Positions 25,478 through 35,459 of a stretch of DNA of 36,743 bases are shown here, one piece after another. The notes below the pieces were generated by a model. The model had not been told where the DNA came from and did not search any database. It was given only the letters and a program-made list of their open reading frames with translations. Location of the stretch: the IMG/VR virus record IMGVR_UViG_3300023214_000296, positions 1-36,743 of that record. One strand, given 5' to 3'. A program made the position numbers and the translations under genes. How positions within the stretch are numbered: the first letter of the stretch is position 1; each line of letters begins with the position of its first letter. This DNA comes from a virus (taxonomy: Duplodnaviria > Caudoviricetes).

Positions 25478-26638
25478 ATGCCTAACAATCGTACATTCTA
25501 TGCCATCCACAGTGTTGGTATTAAAGAAAATGGAACAACTCCAACGAACGAGGTTGTGCCGATTATTGCTGGCGTTGACGTAGCGCCATCTGGCCGTTGG
25601 GAAATGGTTCGTGGAGCCCAAAGCGTCGGCATGACGACAACCTTTAACTTCGAACAGGTCTTCCAGCTTGGACAACTTGAGACGTATGAGTTCGTTGAGT
25701 TAGAGCCAGAGGTAGAGTTTACTATCGAGCGCGTTCTCGATGGAACTAAGCCACTCTGGTTTATGGGAACTGGCCCTCGTGGCTCTACCACTCTAACATC
25801 TAGAACCGCTGACTATAGCGTCGACATTGCGGTCCCCGTCTACAGTGACAGCCAAACTCGCGCAACTGGCCTGCCAATTTCCATGGTTTATGGCTCTGGA
25901 ATGACGCTAAGCTCCGTTTCATATACCTTCCCTGTTGATGGAAACTTTACTGAGTCTGCAACTTTTGTTGGTAACGATAAGATTTGGAGCGACTTCGAAC
26001 TTGCCGGCGACCCATATCCAGTCTCGCTAGCACGCGGAGGTGGCGTTCTTGACCAGGGCAGCACTCAGACCCAACTTGGTTTCCCAAGTGGCGTTCTAGA
26101 CCCACATCCAGGCGGTATTGGCGCATTTACAACCACCGCTGGTGAAGACGCTACTGTAATTGGCTCTGGCGTTCAGCGTCGTGAGAGCTTCCGTCTTGAT
26201 AATTCTCGCCTACCTACTGAGATTCCTGGCGTTAGCGCCTCTGGAACGCTAGGTGGATTGGTTGAGCACATCCAGACGATTACTGTCTCTACCGACCTTG
26301 GTCGTGAGGACATTTTCGAGCTTGGTGCTAAGCGTCCATTCTTCAAGTTTGTAACCTTCCCAATTGAAGTTACATGCTCTATTGAGGTTATTACCTCTCA
26401 GGGCGACCTGATTGACGCGACAAGCTCTGAACCAGTACAGTGTGTTCGTGAGCAAAACACATCCAACCAAGAGATTATTCTTGAGTTGTGCGAAGGGCTA
26501 AATATTAACTTGGGTGCTAAGAACCGTCTACAATCTGTTGATTGGGCTGGCGGTGAAGCTGGTGGCGATAATGTAACGGTTACGTATAACTATCAGAACT
26601 TCAACGACTTGACTATTACTCACAGCATCTTCACATAA
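25478..26638 (+). CDS. Major tail tube protein
   Basis: 386 aa beta-rich acidic; two related halves (EQVFQLGQ / EDIFELGA); position before chaperones and TMP. Confidence 0.7.
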   Translation: MPNNRTFYAIHSVGIKENGTTPTNEVVPIIAGVDVAPSGRWEMVRGAQSVGMTTTFNFEQVFQLGQLETYEFVELEPEVEFTIERVLDGTKPLWFMGTGPRGSTTLTSRTADYSVDIAVPVYSDSQTRATGLPISMVYGSGMTLSSVSYTFPVDGNFTESATFVGNDKIWSDFELAGDPYPVSLARGGGVLDQGSTQTQLGFPSGVLDPHPGGIGAFTTTAGEDATVIGSGVQRRESFRLDNSRLPTEIPGVSASGTLGGLVEHIQTITVSTDLGREDIFELGAKRPFFKFVTFPIEVTCSIEVITSQGDLIDATSSEPVQCVREQNTSNQEIILELCEGLNINLGAKNRLQSVDWAGGEAGGDNVTVTYNYQNFNDLTITHSIFT

Positions 26639-26669
26639 TTTAAAGGGTCCGATAGGACAAAGGTATCAG

Positions 26670-27842
26670 GTGTCTCCACGGGAGATTGAGCAAGCGATAA
26701 ATAATATTGCTTGGGGCGGTAAACACATAAGGGTAAAAACTTTTGATGGTTGCGAAATAGTAACCATTAAGCCCTTAAGTATATCCGACAAAAATTTCCT
26801 AGATTTTATTTATGACGCCGCCTTAGGGGAAGCCCTTGAGAGCGGCGTTATGAATAAGTTTGAACTATACAAACTATACAAAGAGCGTGGTGTCTGGACG
26901 AACGAGGATGACGACAATCACAAAGTGTATATTGCGAAAATAAAAGAGCTTAAAACCCTATTAGGTAATCTTGAAAACGTAGAACGAAAAAAAACGCAAG
27001 TCCAGATTTCATTTTTCGAAAAAGAGTTGGATAAAATAAATTTGAAGCGGCGCGAGCTATATAATGTTAGTGCTGAAAATTACGCTGAAGAACAAAAGCT
27101 ACTAGCACTTGCTTTTTGCGCAACCCACGATTTGCATGACAAGAAAAAATGGGATAAATGGGATGATTTTTTAAGCAGTGTTGATTTAAAATTAATTGAT
27201 GATATCCTACATGGTATAATTAATATAGAACAATATTCTGAAAAGCAGATTCGCGCTATTGCTCGCAGTTCTACTTGGCGATATAGGTGGAATGCCGCTA
27301 AGTCAATAGGGGATTTATTTGGTAAGCCTATAATGGATTTTTCACCTACACAGCAAAGTTTAATCTATTGGAGTCAAGTGTATGATAATGTTTACGAATC
27401 AATGGAAAAGCCACCCGACGAAATTATTAATGATGATGTTGCGCTAGACAGATGGTTTGAGGCTCAAGCAAAAAAGCGCAAAACTAAAGACGTAGAAAAA
27501 ACTGGCAAGGTTGGCAAAATAAATATGTCAAATAAGATGCGTTCACATGGTGAAGTTGGAATTGTAGCTGGGCAACAAGTTAGGAATCAGCACGGCGAAA
27601 TAATTAATTTGCCTAGTAGAGAAGATGTAGATGAATTGAACCCAGAGTTAGTCAGAACATTTAGGCGCGCTGAATGGAATAAAATTAAGAAGGCTGGCGA
27701 TATTAGAGAGCAAGATTTACGTAAGCGTGGAGACCACATAGCTCGCAAACTAATTGGCTCAAAGGATGCCGTGTTGGGCCAAAGTAAATTTGGGCAGCAG
27801 AGAAAGAGTGGAGGAAAAACGCTTCCGGGAGGGACACTATGA
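26670..27842 (+). CDS. Putative tail assembly chaperone
   Basis: Position; PPDEIINDDVALDRWF; similar to 28176-28868. Confidence 0.55.
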   Translation: MSPREIEQAINNIAWGGKHIRVKTFDGCEIVTIKPLSISDKNFLDFIYDAALGEALESGVMNKFELYKLYKERGVWTNEDDDNHKVYIAKIKELKTLLGNLENVERKKTQVQISFFEKELDKINLKRRELYNVSAENYAEEQKLLALAFCATHDLHDKKKWDKWDDFLSSVDLKLIDDILHGIINIEQYSEKQIRAIARSSTWRYRWNAAKSIGDLFGKPIMDFSPTQQSLIYWSQVYDNVYESMEKPPDEIINDDVALDRWFEAQAKKRKTKDVEKTGKVGKINMSNKMRSHGEVGIVAGQQVRNQHGEIINLPSREDVDELNPELVRTFRRAEWNKIKKAGDIREQDLRKRGDHIARKLIGSKDAVLGQSKFGQQRKSGGKTLPGGTL

Positions 27843-28186
27843 ATGAAAAAATGATTAAAGTAAAGACACCTGGGCGCCCATTGTCGCGGCACAAAAAAGT
27901 CTTAGATGACCAATGGAGTGTGTCGTCTAAAATCAAATTGATGAAGTTTGCGGTTCATAAAATAAAGAGGCTTTATGTATCCATCCTAGAGGCTCTTGAT
28001 TTAGAATTAAGTTCTGGTAGTATGGATAAAAAGACTCATGGTAGGTTAAGGTCGGTGGTCTTGGATAACGCTAATGACCAAATTAGGAATTTAAAAAACG
28101 AACTTGAAAATCGCTATAACGTTGAGTTTGTTCCTTATCACATTGACATGAAGGTTGTCGACATGGAGGATATCGATGAAGACTAA
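27839..28186 (+). CDS. Hypothetical protein, 115 aa
   Basis: ATGA overlap, GGAGG SD. Confidence 0.7.
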   Translation: MNEKMIKVKTPGRPLSRHKKVLDDQWSVSSKIKLMKFAVHKIKRLYVSILEALDLELSSGSMDKKTHGRLRSVVLDNANDQIRNLKNELENRYNVEFVPYHIDMKVVDMEDIDED

Positions 28187-28868
28187 TAGAATTTTTAAAA
28201 CAAAATCAGAAGATGGTTCCGAATTAGTCTACGAATTTAGACGCCCAACGCAAAAGGTCGTATCTAGGGGTGAATTGATTCGTCGTCAAAAATTTGCGGA
28301 AGCTATGAGGGCTGGAGCACTTATGAATGCAGAAGTTGCAGAATTGCTCAAATCTCGTGGCGTTTGGGGTGACGAGCAAGAAGAAAAGGCTCGTAAAGTC
28401 CGTCAAGAGATTAATGAGCTTGAAGATTCACTTAAAGACCCCAAGGTTTCCAATAAAGAAGGCATGGAGATTGTTAAGAAAATCAAGGACAAGAGGGCTG
28501 AGCATGCAAGAATTACTGCTGTTCTTACAAATGCTTCAGATGCAACGTGCGAGGCTATGGCGCAAGAAGAGCTAAATATGTTTTTTGCCGCAGAATGTAC
28601 ATACAACAAAACAACGGGCCAAAAGGTGTATAACGATGTAGAGGATTTCAAGTCAAGGCTCAGCGAGCAAGCGACGGCAGATGCATTAAATGAAGCTATG
28701 ATTGCGTCGTTTGAAGTTACGCTTAAGCAAGACCTTCCAAGCGACCTATCTAGTCGATACGCTGAAAACAAGTGGCTGTCTGAGCGTAAACTTCTTGAAG
28801 ACTCTGATGATGCCGAAGAAGAAAAGCCCAAAAAACGCGGGCGAAAAAAGAAAACGGCTTCTGAATAA
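28176..28868 (+). CDS. Putative tail assembly chaperone (paralog of 26670-27842)
   Basis: GGAGGA SD before ATG 28176; shared RGVW and helical pattern. Confidence 0.55.
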   Translation: MKTNRIFKTKSEDGSELVYEFRRPTQKVVSRGELIRRQKFAEAMRAGALMNAEVAELLKSRGVWGDEQEEKARKVRQEINELEDSLKDPKVSNKEGMEIVKKIKDKRAEHARITAVLTNASDATCEAMAQEELNMFFAAECTYNKTTGQKVYNDVEDFKSRLSEQATADALNEAMIASFEVTLKQDLPSDLSSRYAENKWLSERKLLEDSDDAEEEKPKKRGRKKKTASE

Positions 28869-28890
28869 AATAAAGAGTGCAAAATAGAGG

Positions 28891-28925
28891 AGCTACGAGA
28901 CACCAAAACTCGTAGCTTTTTCTCT
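28891..28925 (+). terminator. Rho-independent terminator before TMP
   Basis: AGCTACGAG-9nt-CTCGTAGCT followed by TTTTCTCT. Confidence 0.75.
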
Positions 28926-28935
28926 GGGGTAGGTA

Positions 28936-31900
28936 ATGGTAGACCTAAATATTGATATTGGCCTTAATGTAGATAGGTCGTCAATTAGAAATTTACAAAG
29001 TCAAATTAGGAGGGCTATTCGCGATACCACTCCAGAGATTGATATTGCTACAGACCCACGACTCTTCCAAAGACTTGAACGCCAATTAAATCAGCTAACA
29101 ATTTCAGATATCAATGCGGACCCCACTGTCGTTGATATTCTTAGAGATACCATTGAACGAAATTTAGCTGTTGAAATTCGTCGTATCGACCCGTCTCAAA
29201 GAGCCCTTCAGCAGGCTCGCCGAGAAGTTCAAAATGCACTTGAGGACCTAAGACTCCAAGTTGAACTTGAGAGTCGTTCTGAGGAACGTATAAGTAGTGG
29301 TAGTGTTTCATCTGGTGAACAAGATAGACTATTAAAAGATAGGCAAAATGCTGAAACAAAAGTGCTTACGGCGCTAGCTGAAGAAGAAGCCACTATTAAG
29401 CAAGTCGCTGAGGCTCGCGCACAGGCAAATCGTCGTGAGATTAATGCTATTGCTAGTGTAATCCGCTCAAGACTTAGAGAAGCTGAGCGCGCCGAAGGCA
29501 TTGAAAGCACAGACCTTACTACACAACTCAGGCAAGCCGAAACCAGAAGGGTGCAAGCCGAGAGGGCCGCAACTAACGCCACAGAGCAAGCCGAGAGACT
29601 TGAAAGAGACAGGCAAAGGCGACTTAATAGAGAGGAAAGTGAACGTCAAGCTGCTGTTAGGCAGTTAACGAGAGAAACTGAGCGTCTTGCGAGAGATTTC
29701 CGCAATAACAGAAGCCAACTCGACACCTCTATAGAGGATTCAAAAAGACGCTTAGAAAGAGAAGAACTTGAGCTTATTCAGCAACAAGTAAGACTTGCCA
29801 ATAGGCAAATAGGAGAGACAAACAATCGCTTGGGTATAGCCCGTAGAACCTCGCAAGCGCAAGGCGAATTGCTTCGTAGATTGGAACTTGAAGCACGCCG
29901 CCAAATACAAAGCGGCAGGGTTCAATCGCAAACTGGAGATGCTGGTGGCGGCCAAACAATAACATTTAGAAACGCTGGAGACGTAGCAGCTTTTGCATCA
30001 AGGCTTGATGGCGAAAATCTTCGCAGATTCTCTGATGTTTTACTTGGTGTTTCTGGCGCAACAAATCGAGCACAACGTGGCTTAAGAAATTTTAGAAATT
30101 CTGCACAAAGCGCAAGCGATACGACGCAAAACCTAAATGGACAGCTTCTAGCTGGTCGTGGAGCCGCTTTTGATTTTGGTAGGACAACGGCAATTGCTGC
30201 AAGGAGATTGCTCGCATGGGCCGCTCCTGCGCAATTAATTTTCTCTACTATTAGTCTGCTTCGTGAAGCAGTTGGCGAGATTATTAGACTTGATACTGCT
30301 GCTCGTAGATTACTTTTCTTCCAGCCAAGGGTCATTAGGGAAACACAAAATGAGTTTAATGACCTTGTAACCACCTTGGAGAGCGTTGGTGGCGCTAGTG
30401 AAGTATTTGGCCAACTAGCGAATAATATAGAAGATTTTAATGCAAGAGCCGCTACAACTAACGTCATTCAGAATTCTATTACGTCTGCATCTAGAGAACT
30501 TGGTATCTCGATTGAAGATGTTGCCGAGGGTTTTGTTACCGTTGCGCGTGTTGGTCAAGATGTGTCGAGTTCACTTACGGTTGTAAACGATACGGTTGAA
30601 GTAACGCGTTCTAGATTTTTAAATTCTGCATTGGCTCTTGTTCAGCTAGAAGCTGGTGCACTAAGCGCTGAGCGCGCTGTTCGTGGTCTACAGGCTATTC
30701 AAGCTCAGTTCTTTGGTGGACGTCAAGGTGTTGGTTTTATTACTTCAGATGAAGTTGCGAATATCGATGGGTTTACGCTAGCTGCTGGAGCAGCAGCAAA
30801 TGCTGCTAATAGACTCGCGGTTGCTAGCGCTGATACATCGGCTAACGTTGAAGAGCTAATTGACGCTACCACGCGCGTAGGTGCTGCATTTAGCAACATC
30901 CAGCAACTTAACTTTGACCAAACTGTGGCGCTAATTAGCACCGCTTTCAGGGCTACTGGTGCCACTACTGGTCGCTTGTCGACAGCGCTACGACAAGTTT
31001 CAACACTTATTTCTCAAAACGCACAAGAAATTGAAGAGCTAACAGACATTGAGGTCGCTGGTGCAGATGGTGTTGTTAGGGACGTTAACGCAGTTTTTGA
31101 TGTTCTTGAAAAAATTCGAGATTCTGCTGGACAACTTGAGTCAACAGAGCTTTCGCTATTAATTGCTGATAGGCGTAATGTTGGTGATATTCAAGCATTG
31201 GCACAAGCCGTTGACGATTTGCGTGCAAACGTAAATGCTCTTTCTGACCCACAAGCTAGAGCCAACCAGGCCGCTGAAGATGCCGTAAGAACATTTCAAC
31301 AACAAGAAAGAATTGCAAATTCGTTAGCTGGCAGAATTAATACACTTAGAGCAACATTTGTTGAATTCACACAAAGTGCTGGCGTCGAAGAGATTGTAAG
31401 TGCTTTTATTGACCTTGGGCAGACCACGACAAGCGTTATTGGGTCTTTTACTGAGGGCTTTGGGGATATTTTGAGAAATAGTGAAGCGCTTGTCGACACC
31501 CTAAGGACATTGGGCGTACTACTGGGGGCATTCACGGCCGCTCAACTTACACGCGGAGCTGTTTCTGCATTTAGAGTATTGCGAAGCACGGTTAGTGTTC
31601 GTCAGCAAAATCTATCATTATTGCAACAAGAACAAACTTTTCAGCAAGGAATTAATGGTCTTAAGAGCGCTAGTCTTTTAACTGAGAAGCAAAGCGAAGC
31701 GTTTTTAAAGCAAAAAAATGCTTTAAAGGCAGCAATCCTAACTAGAGAAGAGGCACTCAATACATCAAAAAATATTCGTAATAGTTTGGATGCCAATAAC
31801 ATTAGACAAGCTCAGCAACAAAATGTTCTTCAGCAAAACGAACAGCGCATACAGGGTCAGATTGTTGTTTTAAAAGAAGCTGAACTTGCGCTTGAGCAGC

Positions 31901-34900
31901 AAATTGCGCGAACTAGTAGGGGTGCTCAACTTAGAGGCGCAGCCGGACGTGGAGCGGTTGGTATCGCTGCGGCTGGAGCACTACTTGCTGGTGACGAAAT
32001 TAAGGAAGGTATTAGTGATGCGACAAATGAGGGTGTTGCCGAGGGTGTGACAAGCGGCCTACAGGGCGCACTTGCTGGCGCCGCTTTTGGAGGGCCAATC
32101 GGTGCAGCCGCCGGCGCTGCCGTTGGCATTATTTCTTCGCGCTTTTCTGAAGCCGAAAGACAACTAAAAGAAGCTGAAGAAGAGGCTAAAAGACTACAGG
32201 CGGAAACAAGGGTTGAGATTGCTGGCAATGTCGCAAGTAATCAAATTAGCGCCATTAATCGCGCATTAGAAAATGTTGATAGCGAAAGCCGAGAGAGGCT
32301 GGAATCTGTTCTAGAAAGATTGCGCGAAAGCTCTACTGAAGTCGCTACAATTCAAGACAGAATCGAGCGCGGAGAGATTGTTTCGGAAGAAGAGGTGCGT
32401 AGAGTTGAAGCCGTTGTAAGTTCGCTTGCTGATTCTGCTCGCGAAGCTCAAAGAAATGCTGTTGTATTAAGGAGCGCATCAGAACGCGTAGCTGAAATTC
32501 GTTCGATTTTAAGAGATAATGCGCGCCTACAGGCAATTATTTCTAACCTGTCAGCGACAAGTGCAGATAGGAATGAAGCAAGGAATAAGCTAGAAGAGAA
32601 TTTCAATAGACTTCAATCTATTAACACAGAGGGTATTAGGGAAATTGTTGTAAACCAGGAGCGCCTAAATCGTCTAAAGCAAGTAGCGCTAGATTTGCAG
32701 CGTAGACAAAACACAGAACAGGAGGCTTTCAATACTCTGAGTTCCGCAATTTTGTCTAGAAATTTTGAACAGGATTCTCGACTTAGACTTCAAGTTGAAC
32801 TTAACGATGCTCAATTTAATCAGACATTAAGACAGGCCAACCAGAGAATCGACATATTAAATGCTCAAGCTGCAAATGCGGGCGGCGACGAAGAGGAATT
32901 GCAAAACATTTCTCAAGAAATTATTCGTGAGCAAGAAAAAGTAGACCAAGCCCGCTTTGAATTGCTCAGAAACAACATTCAATCACAAAGACAATTACTT
33001 GAGCGTGCCAATCAGGCTACACAGGGGCAAATTAGAGCTTGGGAGGAAGCTTCAAGTAATGTTGTTAGTGCATTTAAGGAAGTTACAGATGCGCAAGCTG
33101 AATTGGCGAATATCTACACTAGAAGCGCCGACATTGCTGGAAACATTCTAGAGTCGCGCTCGGAGAGTATCGCAAGGTTTCTTGAACAAACTGGTGCATC
33201 AACAGAATCAAGACTTAATGCAATTGCACAAGAGGCGCAGAGGGGCTTAGCCCTAACAGAACAAACGTTTGCAAGACAACAGAGGGCGCTGAGTGGTGGT
33301 GGCTTCTCTGATTCTGCTCAAGCTACACTTCAGGCACAAGGTCTAATTAATACAATTACTGAAGTTATCGCAAGAAGCGACCAGGAGATTACAGATGAAA
33401 GAACTGGCGTTGTTAATGTTGAATTAGCGCAACTTCGCCAAAGAGCTTCGATTGAGCAACAGCTATTTAACCAGCGTATCGATATTACACGTAAAGAAAT
33501 TGATTTTACAAATCAAAAAATCAGTGCGGAGATTAGTCTTCTCCAAGAACGACTAAGTGCCGAAAGAGAAGTCAATGAGTTACGAAGAAGTCAACAGGAG
33601 GAGTTTGGTAGGCTATTACTAGAATCTCCAGACAAATTTGAGGAGACCATATCCGATATTAATTTAGCTACAAGCTTCTTTAGAAATATCACAGATATTA
33701 ATCTAGATTCGCTTCAAACAATTGCCGATAGGATAGCAAGAGCGCGGGGAGCGGGCGCCACGGACATTCTGGGTGATGTTTTGAGTGGTCTACAGGCCGC
33801 AGAGCAATTCGGAGGCAGACAAGTAATTGCTGGTGTAAACAATGCGCAACTTAGAAGTGTTTTTGAGCGCATCCAAGTTGTAGCTCCAGAAGATATTTTT
33901 GGAGACCTGCAGCGCCAAGCGGAAGAAGCAAATAGTCAACTAGAAATTCAGCGTCAAATTCGTGAGCGCCAAGAAAATCTAGTTCAATTAAATGAGTTTA
34001 GTGCCAAACTTCAACAGCAACAAATACGTATAGCAGACTTAAATTCCCAATTGGCAGTTAGACAAAGAGAAATTCAGATTTTTGAACTACGAAGGATAGC
34101 TGAAAGAAATGATGCGCTGCGCCAAGACTTCAGAAGCGGCACACAAGCTATAGCAAATATTTTACAAGACGTAAATAGCCCAGAAGAAGCAAGGTCTGTT
34201 TTTGAAGGTCGCGGACCATTTACAGATGCTGTTATTGATGTGTTGGAAGGCGCTAATTTACCACAAGCCATCAGGAGGCAGCTTAGCACAGCACTAAATG
34301 AAATTGCTGCCCAGTTTGATGATGTAGAATTTTTCTTAGAAGCACGAGAGCAGCAACGCTCTGCCGCAGAAGCACAAGAAAGACTAACACAAAAATACAA
34401 TGAACAAGTTGCGGCTTTACGAGAGCAAAAAGCTGCAACCGAAGAATTAACAGAGTCGGCATTTGTCGCTACGGATACTCTCAATGGGCTTCGACAGCCA
34501 GATGACGTTGGAGATACAGCAAGGGCAAGCGTGTTCGGACTGGAGACAACATTTAGCAATTTAAGGGCAGACCTGCGAGATACATTAGGTCAAAATAGAT
34601 TTCAACTACAACAACTTGGAGATAGAAATTTTGGAGCTTCCAGGGGGGGAACTCAACAGGCAGCAAGAAGACTTCTCAGGGATGATGATGCTCAAACAGA
34701 CATAGTTCGTAATTTGCGTGAAGCACTTGCTGATACACCCTCATCTAGGGATTTTATAGATAGATTAAGGGAATTTCAAGACCAAGGTAGAGATGTAGAT
34801 TTTGAAAGAGTTGCTAGTTTCTTTGAAGACCAAGGACTTGGTGGTATAAGTGAGCAGGTTGACACCACTGGTCAAGCAATTGATGCGGTAAATCGTTTTG

Positions 34901-35457
34901 TCGAGATTGCAGAGAGGTTGAATAGAGAGCAAAGTGAAGTTTCACGAACAACGCTTAGGGAAATTTCAAGATTGATTTCTGAATCACTTAGAGGTCAACT
35001 AGAGAGAGAAAGAGAGTTAAACAGAGAGGCTCGCGGTGGAAATCCATTTGAGCCGGGAGAGAGTCCAGTAGCTAGATTTACTGAAGCCTTGAGGAATACC
35101 GATAGTGTTCTTGAAGGCGTAGTGAATAGAGTTGGCGATATCGCAACAACTGCTGCTGCTGCTAATCCAGAAGAAATAGGTAGAGCAATTAGGGAAAGTT
35201 CAGAAGCTGGAGTTAGAGCTGCTCTAGCGGCTGGTCTCCCAATTGTATTACCACGAGACCAAATTTCTATTCAGTTTGAAGCACTTGTGCGTCAACAAAT
35301 TGCCAACTCAGATGAAATTAGTGAAAAATTGGCACAGGCCATTGGGGAAGTAATCGGCGTGGACGATATACAGAAGATTAAGGATAGTATTTCGTTACTA
35401 TTTAATGTTGAACGAGAACGCGGAACAGACGTTCCATTGCCATCATTGTTTGATTAA
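28936..35457 (+). CDS. Tail tape measure protein, 2173 aa
   Basis: Very long helical A/Q/R/E-rich ORF; GAAFGGPIGAAAGAAVG segment; follows chaperones. Confidence 0.88.
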   Translation: MVDLNIDIGLNVDRSSIRNLQSQIRRAIRDTTPEIDIATDPRLFQRLERQLNQLTISDINADPTVVDILRDTIERNLAVEIRRIDPSQRALQQARREVQNALEDLRLQVELESRSEERISSGSVSSGEQDRLLKDRQNAETKVLTALAEEEATIKQVAEARAQANRREINAIASVIRSRLREAERAEGIESTDLTTQLRQAETRRVQAERAATNATEQAERLERDRQRRLNREESERQAAVRQLTRETERLARDFRNNRSQLDTSIEDSKRRLEREELELIQQQVRLANRQIGETNNRLGIARRTSQAQGELLRRLELEARRQIQSGRVQSQTGDAGGGQTITFRNAGDVAAFASRLDGENLRRFSDVLLGVSGATNRAQRGLRNFRNSAQSASDTTQNLNGQLLAGRGAAFDFGRTTAIAARRLLAWAAPAQLIFSTISLLREAVGEIIRLDTAARRLLFFQPRVIRETQNEFNDLVTTLESVGGASEVFGQLANNIEDFNARAATTNVIQNSITSASRELGISIEDVAEGFVTVARVGQDVSSSLTVVNDTVEVTRSRFLNSALALVQLEAGALSAERAVRGLQAIQAQFFGGRQGVGFITSDEVANIDGFTLAAGAAANAANRLAVASADTSANVEELIDATTRVGAAFSNIQQLNFDQTVALISTAFRATGATTGRLSTALRQVSTLISQNAQEIEELTDIEVAGADGVVRDVNAVFDVLEKIRDSAGQLESTELSLLIADRRNVGDIQALAQAVDDLRANVNALSDPQARANQAAEDAVRTFQQQERIANSLAGRINTLRATFVEFTQSAGVEEIVSAFIDLGQTTTSVIGSFTEGFGDILRNSEALVDTLRTLGVLLGAFTAAQLTRGAVSAFRVLRSTVSVRQQNLSLLQQEQTFQQGINGLKSASLLTEKQSEAFLKQKNALKAAILTREEALNTSKNIRNSLDANNIRQAQQQNVLQQNEQRIQGQIVVLKEAELALEQQIARTSRGAQLRGAAGRGAVGIAAAGALLAGDEIKEGISDATNEGVAEGVTSGLQGALAGAAFGGPIGAAAGAAVGIISSRFSEAERQLKEAEEEAKRLQAETRVEIAGNVASNQISAINRALENVDSESRERLESVLERLRESSTEVATIQDRIERGEIVSEEEVRRVEAVVSSLADSAREAQRNAVVLRSASERVAEIRSILRDNARLQAIISNLSATSADRNEARNKLEENFNRLQSINTEGIREIVVNQERLNRLKQVALDLQRRQNTEQEAFNTLSSAILSRNFEQDSRLRLQVELNDAQFNQTLRQANQRIDILNAQAANAGGDEEELQNISQEIIREQEKVDQARFELLRNNIQSQRQLLERANQATQGQIRAWEEASSNVVSAFKEVTDAQAELANIYTRSADIAGNILESRSESIARFLEQTGASTESRLNAIAQEAQRGLALTEQTFARQQRALSGGGFSDSAQATLQAQGLINTITEVIARSDQEITDERTGVVNVELAQLRQRASIEQQLFNQRIDITRKEIDFTNQKISAEISLLQERLSAEREVNELRRSQQEEFGRLLLESPDKFEETISDINLATSFFRNITDINLDSLQTIADRIARARGAGATDILGDVLSGLQAAEQFGGRQVIAGVNNAQLRSVFERIQVVAPEDIFGDLQRQAEEANSQLEIQRQIRERQENLVQLNEFSAKLQQQQIRIADLNSQLAVRQREIQIFELRRIAERNDALRQDFRSGTQAIANILQDVNSPEEARSVFEGRGPFTDAVIDVLEGANLPQAIRRQLSTALNEIAAQFDDVEFFLEAREQQRSAAEAQERLTQKYNEQVAALREQKAATEELTESAFVATDTLNGLRQPDDVGDTARASVFGLETTFSNLRADLRDTLGQNRFQLQQLGDRNFGASRGGTQQAARRLLRDDDAQTDIVRNLREALADTPSSRDFIDRLREFQDQGRDVDFERVASFFEDQGLGGISEQVDTTGQAIDAVNRFVEIAERLNREQSEVSRTTLREISRLISESLRGQLERERELNREARGGNPFEPGESPVARFTEALRNTDSVLEGVVNRVGDIATTAAAANPEEIGRAIRESSEAGVRAALAAGLPIVLPRDQISIQFEALVRQQIANSDEISEKLAQAIGEVIGVDDIQKIKDSISLLFNVERERGTDVPLPSLFD

Positions 35458-35459
35458 CT

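Noticed and set aside
26980-27000. A-run as a programmed frameshift site
   Set aside because: It is mid-gene, and no extended alternative frame appears in the ORF track.
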